From positions 1-64,000 of the IMG/VR virus record IMGVR_UViG_3300046519_000214: a DNA stretch of 64,000 nucleotides. One strand, written 5' to 3'. The stretch is from a virus. Shown here in pieces: positions 16,939 through 27,069 of the stretch. A program made the translations under genes and the position numbers. The first letter of the stretch is position 1. Each line of letters begins with the position of its first letter. The notes beneath the pieces were generated by a model. It did not search any database, was not told the origin of the DNA, and was given only the letters and a program-made list of their open reading frames with translations.

Positions 16939-17351
16939 GCGGATTTCACCCATGGTAGAAATTGGTCGGGGATTTTGACGTTGGGCATCCAGCACAGTGG
17001 TTCTGACTGGATGTCTGCCGCGTTCATCCACTTGCCTTTCATGAAGGCACCCTGAATTGAGTAGACGAATGGACCGCTCTTGATCGCGAGGATGCAGTGC
17101 TTACCGTCCAGAGGGGCGGTTTCCATTGGTTGCCAGCCCACGGGGTTCACGCTCTCAACCTGGACCGTGAACTCACGGCTGACGCCGTCATCCTTGCTGT
17201 GGATCCCGTCGATGTAGCCGACGATCATGATTGGGATGCGGAGCTCCTCGGGGCACGGCCCCATTCGGGGTCGAGGTTCAAAGTGGTTGAACAGCTCATC
17301 ACGACCCTTCTTCACGTCGAGGATGGCGAATTCGGATTGGATCTTGATCAT
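16935..17351 (-). CDS. hypothetical protein with C-terminal WQPMETAP (DUF551-like) module
   Basis: GWQPMETAPLDG...EPLCWMP. Confidence 0.65.
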   Translation of the reverse strand: MIKIQSEFAILDVKKGRDELFNHFEPRPRMGPCPEELRIPIMIVGYIDGIHSKDDGVSREFTVQVESVNPVGWQPMETAPLDGKHCILAIKSGPFVYSIQGAFMKGKWMNAADIQSEPLCWMPNVKIPDQFLPWVKSA

Positions 17352-17608
17352 GCTGATGCTTTCCTTGCATTCATCTGTTCGCGGGTTTCGAACATGGGAT
17401 GACCGAGGCGAGGTTCGAAGTCTCGCTTCCAGTGAGCCAGGTTCATGTGGTCGAACTGGATCTGGACGCGGCAATCTTCGCAGTACCAGGAGTACGAGCC
17501 GTGGTTGTACCAAAGTGCTGGTGCGCTCTGGCAGCGTGTGCGGTTGCAGCTGCCGCCTTCCTTACCCTTGTCGGGCTTGTTGGGTCCGTCGTAATCACCG
17601 TATGCCAT
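17348..17608 (-). CDS. Cys-rich hypothetical phage protein
   Basis: KGKEGGSCNRTRCQ...WYNHGSYSWYCEDC. Confidence 0.65.
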   Translation of the reverse strand: MAYGDYDGPNKPDKGKEGGSCNRTRCQSAPALWYNHGSYSWYCEDCRVQIQFDHMNLAHWKRDFEPRLGHPMFETREQMNARKASA

Positions 17609-17799
17609 TAGTCGAATGGTCCGATCTTGGTTTGGGGTTCGAGGATCTGACACAGGATCGACTTCAGATCCTGGATCGTGGTCGCGGTCTGGGCTCGGAA
17701 GAGCAGATCCTCGGCTATGGCGATCTCTTTGGCGCGGTGCATCCCGAGTGTGGGTTGGAGTTCGCGGATCCGGTTCAGGATCTGGTTAGAAGCGGACAC
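17608..17799 (-). CDS. hypothetical protein
   Basis: Coupled ORF. Confidence 0.5.
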   Translation of the reverse strand: MSASNQILNRIRELQPTLGMHRAKEIAIAEDLLFRAQTATTIQDLKSILCQILEPQTKIGPFD

Positions 17800-18089
17800 A
17801 GTGACCTACCTTTCCGGCTCGATAGATCGGGGTCCATCGATCGCGGATCTGGATACAGGTCCACCAATAACCGTCGCTCAGGGCGAAGGCTTTCCAAGTC
17901 ATGGTTTTCTCCGAGGTTCTGGTTCGCGGATCTGGATCAGGTCCAGATGCGTGCTGGTTGACTCACAGCGAGTCACCAGCGCGTTTTGTGAGGGTGTCGA
18001 AGGGAATGCACCATGGAGGTGCCAGCGCTCGCCGCAGGGCGAATTTGACCACAGGGGTGGTTTGAACGGCCCCGTTTTTGAGGGCAACC

Positions 18090-18225
18090 AGTTTCCCTAG
18101 TCTCTCTTTAGTTCTTAGAACTTATTCTTTTTTCCCTGGAGTAAAGTAGAAAGAAAAAGAAGAGATATATAATAGGGGACCAACTCTAACATCTGAGCTT
18201 ACCTGAGTTCTTAGAACTCACACCT
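18090..18225. promoter_or_regulatory. AT-rich non-coding tract bounded by two GAGTTCTTAGAACTC-type boxes
   Basis: AGTTCTTAGAACT at 18110-18122, purine tract and TATATAAT, TGAGTTCTTAGAACTCA at 18204-18220. Confidence 0.6.
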
Positions 18226-18403
18226 CCACCACCGACTGGTCAACTGCGGACCCGAACCAGAGCCTGGTCCAACACCAACAATCCGCGATCCCGATCCAGC
18301 CCCCGGATCTCCACCGCAACCTCGCGGCTCCGGTTCAGGTCCGATAGCTCGCGGCTGGTTCTAAGACCAGCCGGAAAGCCATCCCTCACAATTGCGTATA
18401 GTT

Positions 18404-18604
18404 TCACAGTGCCAGCTCCCCGTACCGACGAGTACGCTTTTCGATCCGACGCTCGCGGCCCTTGCGGACCCGAGGCTTGAATTTCGTTACCTTGTCGTAG
18501 GCAATGCCCTGCAGGCTGAGCCATGCATGGGCATCGCGAAACGAGAATGCCTGCAATGAGCCGAGCATCCGGCCCTCAGAGTCCAGATACCAGAACTCTG
18601 TCAT
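18404..18604 (-). CDS. hypothetical protein
   Basis: MTEFWYLDSEG..., coupled. Confidence 0.55.
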   Translation of the reverse strand: MTEFWYLDSEGRMLGSLQAFSFRDAHAWLSLQGIAYDKVTKFKPRVRKGRERRIEKRTRRYGELAL

Positions 18605-18822
18605 ACAGCCACCGCCACGCCCTGGGCGATCCACGTGGTGAGCACGCCACCCATGGTGATGGCCAGCGCACCGAGAGCGATGAGCTGCATCATGCGATCG
18701 GTCGCACGGTAGCGAGTACCAGCATCATAACCCTGCTGGTACCCGTCACTCGGTTCTAAATAGAATGGGCCATTGCCGCGAATGGCATCCTGGTACCCAT
18801 GCTGGTATGTATTCAAAAACAT
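18601..18822 (-). CDS. small membrane protein with YxxGY repeats
   Basis: YQHGYQD...GYQQGYDAG plus a C-terminal hydrophobic helix. Confidence 0.55.
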   Translation of the reverse strand: MFLNTYQHGYQDAIRGNGPFYLEPSDGYQQGYDAGTRYRATDRMMQLIALGALAITMGGVLTTWIAQGVAVAV

Positions 18823-19232
18823 CAGATGTCCCTCGCCCTTTGGTAGTATAATTCTGAAACCTGACCGCCGAGCTGGTCGGCGAGCAGCTTCATCTGGTCC
18901 ACGATCCACGGCAGTGAGCCGCGAACCCGAGCAAAAATCTCGTGTGTGGTTCGATCACGAATGAGCCAGAGCGGTGCATCGGGAGCCTGATCCACGATCC
19001 ACATGCTCGACCCGAGCGGCCTGTCCCGCGGCTCAGGTTCGCGGCTCGGAGCCTCATGAGGCAGTCGATCGCGAAATGGTTCTTGAGGCTGGCCCTTGGA
19101 CATGGACCGCGATCCGGCGCTCACGAAGTCGCCATCATAGATCTGAGCTGCTGGCCGGTCAGGCAGCATCCGGACCCGACCCGAATGTTGAGCGGGCTGG
19201 TGGTACTTTGGGTTCGTCGTTTCACGGATCAT
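18822..19232 (-). CDS. hypothetical protein
   Basis: ORF with AGGAAGG upstream; start uncertain. Confidence 0.45.
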   Translation of the reverse strand: MIRETTNPKYHQPAQHSGRVRMLPDRPAAQIYDGDFVSAGSRSMSKGQPQEPFRDRLPHEAPSREPEPRDRPLGSSMWIVDQAPDAPLWLIRDRTTHEIFARVRGSLPWIVDQMKLLADQLGGQVSELYYQRARDI

Positions 19233-19371
19233 TTCCAAACGCCTTCCTGTGCGCTTTTAGGTTTTGGCTCTCGCGTCGATATGCGACGCATGGTTGTAGG
19301 TGTAGGCGCGGTTCGGGTGTGAGCCGCGCTTCCGTGGGGGTGGAGGCTCCCCCGTGGGGGAGCCGGGAGGC

Positions 19372-20121
19372 TTAGGCCGCGTTGGCGGCTGGGCCGTTGA
19401 TCGTGCGGGCCGCATTGGCGATCATGTTCTCCAATGCATCCCGCATCAGGATCATGTTCTCGACCTCGATCTTGGAGACGATGAAGGCCGCGACCTGCAT
19501 CAAGTCATCCTGCCCTGCCTCAGCAAGGGCGCCGATCGCTGCCTCAGCGGCAGTGCGTTCGGGCGTTGCCGTCGCTGTGGCTTGCGCCTCAGTCTCGGCC
19601 GTCTTGTCGGTCTCGGCCTTCTCGGCCTTCTCCGCTGCCGCAGCAGCATCGGCCGCTGCCTTATCCGCTGCCTTTTGCTCAAAGAAGCGGGCCGCTTCGG
19701 AGACCGACAGGTTGCAGACCGACGCATAGTCGTTCTTGCCCGAGACCCCCAGTTGCGACATGTGGGCGTTGATGGAAAGGATCACGTTCGACACTGCGTC
19801 GTCGATGGCCATGGACCGGATGTCATCCCAGTCGCGATTGCCAAGGACCGTGTTGCGGGCGTTCGCCGCAATCGACCACATGTTCTGGAAGTTCTTCGAA
19901 GGCTTGCCGCCCCTGCCGAAGACCGCTTCGATAAGCTTCTTCTTATCGACGTTCTTGGCCATGGCGAGCAAGGCGAGCGTCAGATAACGCTTCCATGCTG
20001 CCTTCTCAGCGTTGCCCGCTGCATCGAGATCCATATCCGCGATGCGAGCGGCAACCGTAGCTGCCTGATAACCAGCGGCCTTTGCAGTTGCGACAGTCTC
20101 GATTGCCGTATCCGTTGCCAT
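19372..20121 (-). CDS. Ala-rich hypothetical protein, first gene of the leftward accessory operon
   Basis: MATDTAIETV...; purine-rich RBS region; Ala/Glu/Lys-rich linker. Confidence 0.75.
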   Translation of the reverse strand: MATDTAIETVATAKAAGYQAATVAARIADMDLDAAGNAEKAAWKRYLTLALLAMAKNVDKKKLIEAVFGRGGKPSKNFQNMWSIAANARNTVLGNRDWDDIRSMAIDDAVSNVILSINAHMSQLGVSGKNDYASVCNLSVSEAARFFEQKAADKAAADAAAAAEKAEKAETDKTAETEAQATATATPERTAAEAAIGALAEAGQDDLMQVAAFIVSKIEVENMILMRDALENMIANAARTINGPAANAA

Positions 20122-20487
20122 TTCCGTTTTCCCTTCCGTTCCCCCGCAGGGGAGAGTGTTGAACCTTCCCCCGTGGGGGAGACTTGGAGTGGAGACACAG
20201 CTCCGCCCCAAGCCCGTGGCCCGAAGGCCACTTGCCTCGTCGATCTGTCGATCAACTGTCATCAATCTAATGGGTCACTACATGAAGTACCACATAAGGG
20301 TACCACGTAATTATCTGATTTTATTACACTATTCGGCCCTAATAGGGTCAGAGAAACTCTGGGAAGTTTTTCGTTTTTCTGACTGCTATCATATGGCTCC
20401 GGGTCGGTTTCGATGACCGGACTCCTACTTCCAGCCGCGGACCAGAATCCAGACCAGAATCGCGTGAGTTCTGAGAACTCAAACACG

Positions 20488-20515
20488 AAAAAGGGCGCCC
20501 GAAGGCGCCCATTTT
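20488..20515. terminator. bidirectional terminator-like hairpin
   Basis: AAAA-GGGCGCC-CGAA-GGCGCCC-ATTTT (UUCG loop on the minus strand). Confidence 0.7.
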
Positions 20516-20613
20516 ACCCGATTTTGAGCCAGAACCAGGCCCAAAACCCTATGTTTTTCCGTCGCTTGAGGGTCGGAACCGCCCTGGAGGACGTCGATTT
20601 TTGACCCTGACGA

Positions 20614-20742
20614 CTACGAGATCGTCATCGAAACGTGGGTCAGAAGCCAATAAATCAGCCAAATTCCACCTCCGAGGCTCAAGATCGCACCAATAGCGGC
20701 CCAGATCAGAAGAAAATACAGAAGGTTTCCAAGTCCAGTCAT
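20614..20742 (-). CDS. small membrane protein (42 aa)
   Basis: MTGLGNLLYFLLIWAAIGAILSLGGGIWLIYWLL; coupled to the primase stop. Confidence 0.5.
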   Translation of the reverse strand: MTGLGNLLYFLLIWAAIGAILSLGGGIWLIYWLLTHVSMTIS

Positions 20743-23150
20743 CAGATTCCAACTCCTATGTAGTAAATTTCGTTCTTGCCGCGGATGTCGATGTCGAACG
20801 GGAACGTGCCCGACAGCTCCTTCATCAGCTTCGTGAATTTCGTGATGTTCACCCGAGTTGAGTTGCCAGTCGCGATGCAGAACTGCCAATACTGGGTGTG
20901 CATCTCGGCCAGCGAGAACTCGTGCTGAGCGCCCCACTTCAGACCCGTGCCCGTCGACGAAAGGAAGTGACGAACCGAGTTGTTGTCCGCCGCCATCTGA
21001 TCAACGAGAGCCAGGTGCGAGGTCGGAAGAGTGAAGTTTCCAGCATCGACCAGGCGCTTGTAGCCCTGGATCGCCCAGGCAACGATCGCTTCGCGCTCGT
21101 GCTCGAGGATCTGAGCATCCAGATCGATGACCCGCTTGTCGGGGCTGATCCGGTTGTTGAACTCGAGGATCAACCAGCGACGATTGAAGCCCTCGGAGCT
21201 GTCCCTCGTCTTCGGCAGGTGGTTCGAGTTGAACCAGTGAGCGCATTCCGGGATGAAAACGAAGGGGTTTTGGTTCTTGAACTGAACCTGCATCTCTTCG
21301 CCCGACACCACCTTCTTGAAGATGTCGCCAGGAATCGGCCGCGTTTCCGACAACTCGCCTGCGAAGTTGACGACCTTGCCGAACATCTCGGCCGGCAGGA
21401 ACCGGTCGGACCAGTCAGACGGCACAATGGCCGACGAGGAACCAAACGGCATCAAACCCCGCATGATGGCCTGGAGCACGGACTTGCCAGCACCCGCCTG
21501 ACCGAACAGGAGGAACGCCATCTGAAAACGTGGCGCCATGCCCATGAGCGAAACACCGAGCATCTCCTGCAGAGCCAGCAGCTTGTCACCGTAATCCGCG
21601 TCCGTCGCCCAGCTATCATTGAGGAACTGGTCGAACATCGGCATGTGACCGGCCTTCTCGGGTGTGTACCGGTAGGGCAGGGTGTAGGTCATGCCGTATT
21701 CCGGAGCGTGCGGAACGAGCTCGAGGTTCTCGGTCAGGTAGCCGTTGGCGAAGTTGACACCCTTGACGTACGAATTGCGAAGCGGCTCCGAAGCGATGGC
21801 CTTCATGACCTTGAGCACACCGTTGTGGTCGCTCTGGCGCTTGCCGGCCGGATATGAACCATAGTTTTCCGCGATGATCTTCAGCAGCTCCTGCTCCTGG
21901 CACTTCACCCAGGCAGCACCGCGCCACTGCCAGAAGTGGCTGGCGTCGTAGCGGACGTCACCGTACTTGCGGAGGAAGCCCAGGCAGGCATCCGCGAGCT
22001 CGGCGTGCGTCTCACCGAGGATTTCACCACGGCGAAGGGTCTGCAGCTGACGCTTCAGGTCTGGTACGGACAGACCGTTGTTCGCATGGTTGACGATGAA
22101 CTTGAGGAGGATTGCCTCGTCGATCGGGCTCAACGGCGGGTTGGTCCGTACAATTCGGTCCAGGGCGACCGAGATCGCATTGCTGCGGCCTTCGGAGCGG
22201 ACGTCCATATGACGCTCGAACTCCAGAGAGACATAATCCATGATCTTCTGCGGCGACCAGCTCTTGTCGTCGTCCGTGAAGGTCAGGCCGAGCTTGACAA
22301 GATCCTCTTCCGTCAGACCCTCATCCCAACCAAGCGGCAGGGCCTTGCGAGCCTCGCCGGTCACATCGCGAACGAGGAACTCGACGACCTTCCCTTGGGC
22401 CTTGTCGATCGTGAGCGGATCCCCGACCACCTTCTCGACATAGTTCTCGACCCACGCAGCCATCTCACCCATCACCTGGAGGAGCGAACGCTCGCCGCGG
22501 AGCACGGCTCGAGCCAGCAGACCGGCATGCCACACCATGGTGGCATCGCGAGCACCGGCCGGTACGAAGTTGACGGTCTTGTTGCCACCACCGGTGGAGA
22601 CCTTGATCCCAGCTTCCTGCAGGGCGCTCTTCAGCACCTTCTCGAAATTGAGGGGCAGGGGAGGAGCGTTCTTCGCGATCTCCCAGAGATTGCCGTCAGC
22701 CGTGTAGGGCTGCTTGGTATCCGGGTGGATCGACGGCGGGAGAACGAACTGCGTGCCCTTGGACAGGATTTCGCAGATCATCGAGCCGTCTTCGGCCTTG
22801 ATACGAGCGGTACGCTCGCCCGACCAGCGATAGATCTGGACCCGACCCTTACGACCAACGCGGTGCCACGGAGACGGCGGCAGGACGCGATCAAGAACCT
22901 GGAGGACTACCGGATCCTCGGAGTCGACGTCGATCGCGACGAGGCCAGCAGCTGGACCCATTGGCAGACCGATGTTGCCAGCTGCGAAGGCATGCAACCA
23001 TGCAGCCTGATCTTCCTTCGTCGGGAAGGCGTCGGAGTACATCTGCCAGCGTGGGATGGCGGGGCGCTTGTTCTCGAAGACGAGGGGAATGGCTGGCAAG
23101 CCAGCGGCCCAGTAGAGTGGGGCGTGGGTTTCGAAAATCTTATCGGCCAT
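20742..23150 (-). CDS. DNA primase-polymerase / SF3 (P4/D5-like) helicase fusion
   Basis: N-terminal NIGL...VAIDVD...FVLPPSIHP Prim-Pol motifs; NFANG; Walker A GQAGAGKS; SNHLP...GFNRR. Confidence 0.92.
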   Translation of the reverse strand: MADKIFETHAPLYWAAGLPAIPLVFENKRPAIPRWQMYSDAFPTKEDQAAWLHAFAAGNIGLPMGPAAGLVAIDVDSEDPVVLQVLDRVLPPSPWHRVGRKGRVQIYRWSGERTARIKAEDGSMICEILSKGTQFVLPPSIHPDTKQPYTADGNLWEIAKNAPPLPLNFEKVLKSALQEAGIKVSTGGGNKTVNFVPAGARDATMVWHAGLLARAVLRGERSLLQVMGEMAAWVENYVEKVVGDPLTIDKAQGKVVEFLVRDVTGEARKALPLGWDEGLTEEDLVKLGLTFTDDDKSWSPQKIMDYVSLEFERHMDVRSEGRSNAISVALDRIVRTNPPLSPIDEAILLKFIVNHANNGLSVPDLKRQLQTLRRGEILGETHAELADACLGFLRKYGDVRYDASHFWQWRGAAWVKCQEQELLKIIAENYGSYPAGKRQSDHNGVLKVMKAIASEPLRNSYVKGVNFANGYLTENLELVPHAPEYGMTYTLPYRYTPEKAGHMPMFDQFLNDSWATDADYGDKLLALQEMLGVSLMGMAPRFQMAFLLFGQAGAGKSVLQAIMRGLMPFGSSSAIVPSDWSDRFLPAEMFGKVVNFAGELSETRPIPGDIFKKVVSGEEMQVQFKNQNPFVFIPECAHWFNSNHLPKTRDSSEGFNRRWLILEFNNRISPDKRVIDLDAQILEHEREAIVAWAIQGYKRLVDAGNFTLPTSHLALVDQMAADNNSVRHFLSSTGTGLKWGAQHEFSLAEMHTQYWQFCIATGNSTRVNITKFTKLMKELSGTFPFDIDIRGKNEIYYIGVGI

Positions 23151-23616
23151 TGGTGAGCACTCCGTCGATACGCTTCATGAAATCGGTGATCTGATCTTTG
23201 GTGAGGATTTCATCCATGAACTGGATGACTGTGGACCTGAACTCATTGATCTGCTTGAGGTTTGCGGCCCGCTCCAGGTTGTTCAGGAGCTTCTCGAGGA
23301 GGGAGTTTTTCGTCTTGAAATACTGCAGCTTCTCAGAGTTATCGTCGGCGCCGAGCTTCTGCCCGTAGTCCTCGAGATCGTTGATCAGCTTCTGGATCTG
23401 CTTCTCGATCGCCACCACTTGGTCGCCTTCGAAGAGATCCTCAGCCACTCCACCCTGGGAGGCTCGAGCCTGCTTCAGGAAGAAGTCCTTGACGAGCGGA
23501 GGGTAGGGGCACTGAGCGTCGGAGAGATATTCAGGGTTCTCGCTGATGCTCCGCAACACTCGATTTACGAGGAGGATTTGGTCCTCGCTGATGTTCGGAA
23601 AATATTTCGGGTTCAT
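23140..23616 (-). CDS. hypothetical helical protein upstream of the primase
   Basis: 158-aa ORF with GGAG RBS. Confidence 0.7.
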   Translation of the reverse strand: MNPKYFPNISEDQILLVNRVLRSISENPEYLSDAQCPYPPLVKDFFLKQARASQGGVAEDLFEGDQVVAIEKQIQKLINDLEDYGQKLGADDNSEKLQYFKTKNSLLEKLLNNLERAANLKQINEFRSTVIQFMDEILTKDQITDFMKRIDGVLTNGR

Positions 23617-23752
23617 TTGGGCTCCATGTCTGTTGGAGCTTAGGTAGAAAACCGGAGGAGGTTTGGCTACACGAGCCGTGCATCAGTTCCAAGAACTCAA
23701 GCAGATTACGCAATATCTCTCGACTTCCATTTCTGGGAATGTCTCGCACTAA

Positions 23753-23780
23753 TTGCAAATGAACTCTCGGCTACCCATAT
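23753..23780 (+). promoter_or_regulatory. candidate late promoter (TTGCAA-N15-CCCATAT)
   Basis: Same geometry recurs before the protease, tail tube and tail M genes. Confidence 0.5.
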
Positions 23781-23790
23781 AGCCAAACAC

Positions 23791-25560
23791 ATGTATCGCA
23801 ATGACTATTTGTCCGACTTCCGAGCCCAGCTGCGCCAGCGATTTGCGGAAGATTCGATCAATATGTCGATGTCCGAATGGATCATCAAGAACACCCATCT
23901 GAGAAAGAAGCAGTTCAGTTTCGCTGGCTATGAGTTCCAGCAGCAGATCGTCGACGACATGCATCCGGACCTCTGGACGATCAAATGCTCTCAGATCGGC
24001 CTGACCGAAGTTCAGCTCCGCAAGTTCGCGGGTTTCCTGGCCCGAACCACTGCCGTCAACGCGATCTTCTCTCTGCCGACCGACGTGATGTTCAAGCGCG
24101 TGTCTCAGACACGTTTCGGCCCTCTGATCAACGACGAGCCAGTCTTCAACATGGCATCTGTCGACAAGCCCGTGCGCTCAGTCGGCCTCTATCAGATCAA
24201 CCAGTCATTCGGATTCTTCACCGGGGGCAAGGAATCGGATGCCACTTCGATCAACGCCGACGCGCTTTTCCAGGACGAAATCGATCTCGCAGATCAGGAA
24301 ATGCTGGCTCTCTACCAGTCACGTCTCCAGGGCTCTGACTACAAGATCACACAAAGCTTCTCGACCCCCACGTTCGAAGGATATGGGGTCCACGCGGGGT
24401 TTCAGACATCCGACCAGCACGAGTACGTCCTCAAGTGCGAAGGGTGCAACCACTACAACATCCCGCAGTTCAACCCGAAATTCATCCACATCCCGGGGCT
24501 CTCCAGTGACATCAACGATCTCTCAGAAATCGACTCGGAACTTGCTGACAAGCTGGACCTTAGAGCCGGCTACGTTCGATGTGAGGCTTGTGGACGCCGT
24601 CTTAATACCTCTGATCCTTCGCTGCGGTCTTGGGTGCCTCGCTTTCCTGGGCGCCGCTCTCGCGGTTACAGGGTTAGCCCCTTCTGCGTTCACCGCATAG
24701 CGAACCCGGAATACATCGTCGACCAGCTCCTCAAGTACAAGAAGCGTGACGCGCTGCGCCGCTGGTACAACACGGTGCTGGGCGAAGCCTACAACGACGC
24801 CAGCGCTCGCCTGAGCGAAGTCGACATCCGCGCCGTCATGAAGGGGGAGGGCAGCGCCGACGTCAGCAGCCTCGAGCCCGTAATGATTGGCATCGACGCC
24901 GGTCTCACCTGCCACATCACGCTTGCCACCATTGGCCAGGCCCAGCCAGTCGTCTTTAGTTTCCGCCAGGTATCCGCGGACAATCTCTACGACGAGGTCA
25001 AAACGATCCTCGGCCGATACAACGTCGTGGGTGGGTGCATGGACCGCAATCCATACACGCCGCTCGCGAACGAAATCCGTGACCTGTCGGCGGGTCGCAT
25101 CCTCCCTGTCCAGTACGCCGGCCAACCAGGCGCCGCGGCGGTCACCTTCGTCAAGGACGAGCTCGATCAACTGTCACACCTGGTTGGCAACCGCACGACC
25201 ATGCTCGACGCTGTGGCCGGCGCCGTCCGCAAGCGGAGGGTCTCGTTCTACGGCTACGGTCGCCTCGAACGCATCATCCTCGATCACCTGCAGGACATGG
25301 TGCGTATCGAGAACGAGCTGAACGAGAAAACCAAGGACGAGATCCCCGCCCGCTGGGCCAAGCTCACGGGCAATGATCACTTCTTCCACTCACTCGGTTA
25401 CCTGCTCTACGCCATCCGCGTGAACACCGCGATCGACTACCGCGAGGAGGATCCTCGCACCCAGGTCACCGTCTCGAACGTAGTCGTTCCGGTTCAAAAC
25501 GCATCACGACTGGGGCTGCAGCGTGGGGTCCGAACCCCCACATCTCTCGGAATACGCTAG
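23791..25560 (+). CDS. terL: terminase large subunit (GpA-like)
   Basis: KCSQIGLTE, FQDEID, FSTPT, Zn-binding CEGC/CEAC, NTVLGEAY, IGIDAG, NDHFFH. Confidence 0.88.
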   Translation: MYRNDYLSDFRAQLRQRFAEDSINMSMSEWIIKNTHLRKKQFSFAGYEFQQQIVDDMHPDLWTIKCSQIGLTEVQLRKFAGFLARTTAVNAIFSLPTDVMFKRVSQTRFGPLINDEPVFNMASVDKPVRSVGLYQINQSFGFFTGGKESDATSINADALFQDEIDLADQEMLALYQSRLQGSDYKITQSFSTPTFEGYGVHAGFQTSDQHEYVLKCEGCNHYNIPQFNPKFIHIPGLSSDINDLSEIDSELADKLDLRAGYVRCEACGRRLNTSDPSLRSWVPRFPGRRSRGYRVSPFCVHRIANPEYIVDQLLKYKKRDALRRWYNTVLGEAYNDASARLSEVDIRAVMKGEGSADVSSLEPVMIGIDAGLTCHITLATIGQAQPVVFSFRQVSADNLYDEVKTILGRYNVVGGCMDRNPYTPLANEIRDLSAGRILPVQYAGQPGAAAVTFVKDELDQLSHLVGNRTTMLDAVAGAVRKRRVSFYGYGRLERIILDHLQDMVRIENELNEKTKDEIPARWAKLTGNDHFFHSLGYLLYAIRVNTAIDYREEDPRTQVTVSNVVVPVQNASRLGLQRGVRTPTSLGIR

Positions 25561-25569
25561 GAAACCTCT

Positions 25570-27069
25570 ATGGCCTCTTTGGGCAAAGCCGTTCTGTCGA
25601 TCATTGCTCCTAAGAAGGCGGTCAAGAAGGGTGGCTTCGCAGCCACGGGCACCTTTAGCCCGTCGACGAGCCAGAACGTCCTCACAGCTCCGACCTACCA
25701 GGACCACCTCAACGACATCTTCTCCACCAGGACGGCCGACGACGCCCGCACGCTGATCGTCAGCCTTATGGAGCAGGATCCGGATGTATCGGCTGCGCTG
25801 CACGCTTATCTCACCATGGCGAACACGCAGCCGGTCATCCTCGTCAAGGATATGAACGATCAGATCGACGCCGCAGCAACGGCCGAGCTGATGCAGAAGA
25901 TCAAGTTCATGACGCGGCCGACCGACTACACCAAGGGCTTCCAGATGAAGATGACCCTGGAGCAGTGGTGCGAAGAGATCCGCTACATGGTCCTCATGCG
26001 GGGTGGCGCGGCGATCGAGCTCATCTACGACGAGAAGATGATCCCCTCGGATCTCCGGAACGTCGACCTGGCGTCCGTCGAGTGGTTCGAAAAGAAGCCT
26101 GGGGAATACAAGCCGCGCCAGAAGGTTTCTGGCGTGCAGGACGGCATCAATCTGGACATCGCGACGTTCTTCGTCGCCTACTACCGCCAGAACCCGACCA
26201 AGATCTATTCGAACTCACCGTTCGTCTCTACGATCAACACGATCGCCGCTCGCCAGCAGGTGATCAACGATCTCTACCGCATCATGCAGTACACCGGCTA
26301 TCCGCGCCTCGAGGTGACGGTCGTCGAAGAAGTGCTGCGCAAGAACATGCCGGTCAACATCCAGGCGGACGAGACCAAGAAGACAGAATGGATCAACGCC
26401 CGACTGGCTGAGATCCGCAACTCTGTTCAGGATATCAGGGCTGACACCGCCTTCGTCCACATGGACTCGGTGACGCCAGGTATCATGAACGAAAAGTCCC
26501 CAGGCGCCGGGATCGACATCAGCAAGGTGATCGAGACTCTTAACGCACAGAATCAAGCGGGTCTGAAGACCATGGCTACTGTGATCGGTCGCGGTGCCTC
26601 GGGGGTCAACACCGGCTCCGTGGAAGCGCGTATCGCTGCCATGAACGCCGACGAGCTCAATGCGCCTGTGTCAGCCATCCTGAGCAACGTGTTCTCCTTC
26701 ATGTTGCATCAGGGTGGCTACCAGGGGTTTGCCGAAGTCTCCTTCGTTAAAGGTGAGCTTCGTCCGGAGCTCGAGCTCGAGCCTCAGCTCACGATGCGTC
26801 AGGCCCGTCTGCAGACCGATCTCTCACTCGGCCTGATCAGCGACCTCGAGTACCATTTGCAGATGTACCACCGGCTCCCGCCGGAAGGTGCTCCGGAGCT
26901 GAGTGGCACTGGCTTCATGCAAGCCGTCGCGGGTGGCGCTGAGAGCCGCGCTGATGAGGTCACCCCGAACTCGGACCCGCTCGGCCGCTCACTCGCGCCG
27001 GAAGGCTCCAAGATGGCGAAATCCAAGCAGGTGAAGAAGCCTGCCGCTAAGAAGAAGGAGGCCGCATGA
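25570..27069 (+). CDS. portal protein
   Basis: 499 aa directly after terL; helical; GYPR motif. Confidence 0.75.
   Translation: MASLGKAVLSIIAPKKAVKKGGFAATGTFSPSTSQNVLTAPTYQDHLNDIFSTRTADDARTLIVSLMEQDPDVSAALHAYLTMANTQPVILVKDMNDQIDAAATAELMQKIKFMTRPTDYTKGFQMKMTLEQWCEEIRYMVLMRGGAAIELIYDEKMIPSDLRNVDLASVEWFEKKPGEYKPRQKVSGVQDGINLDIATFFVAYYRQNPTKIYSNSPFVSTINTIAARQQVINDLYRIMQYTGYPRLEVTVVEEVLRKNMPVNIQADETKKTEWINARLAEIRNSVQDIRADTAFVHMDSVTPGIMNEKSPGAGIDISKVIETLNAQNQAGLKTMATVIGRGASGVNTGSVEARIAAMNADELNAPVSAILSNVFSFMLHQGGYQGFAEVSFVKGELRPELELEPQLTMRQARLQTDLSLGLISDLEYHLQMYHRLPPEGAPELSGTGFMQAVAGGAESRADEVTPNSDPLGRSLAPEGSKMAKSKQVKKPAAKKKEAA

Noticed and set aside
23140-23616. Terminase small subunit call for the gene next to terL
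   Set aside because: It is divergent from terL, coupled to the primase and lacks a recognisable TerS motif, so it is left as hypothetical
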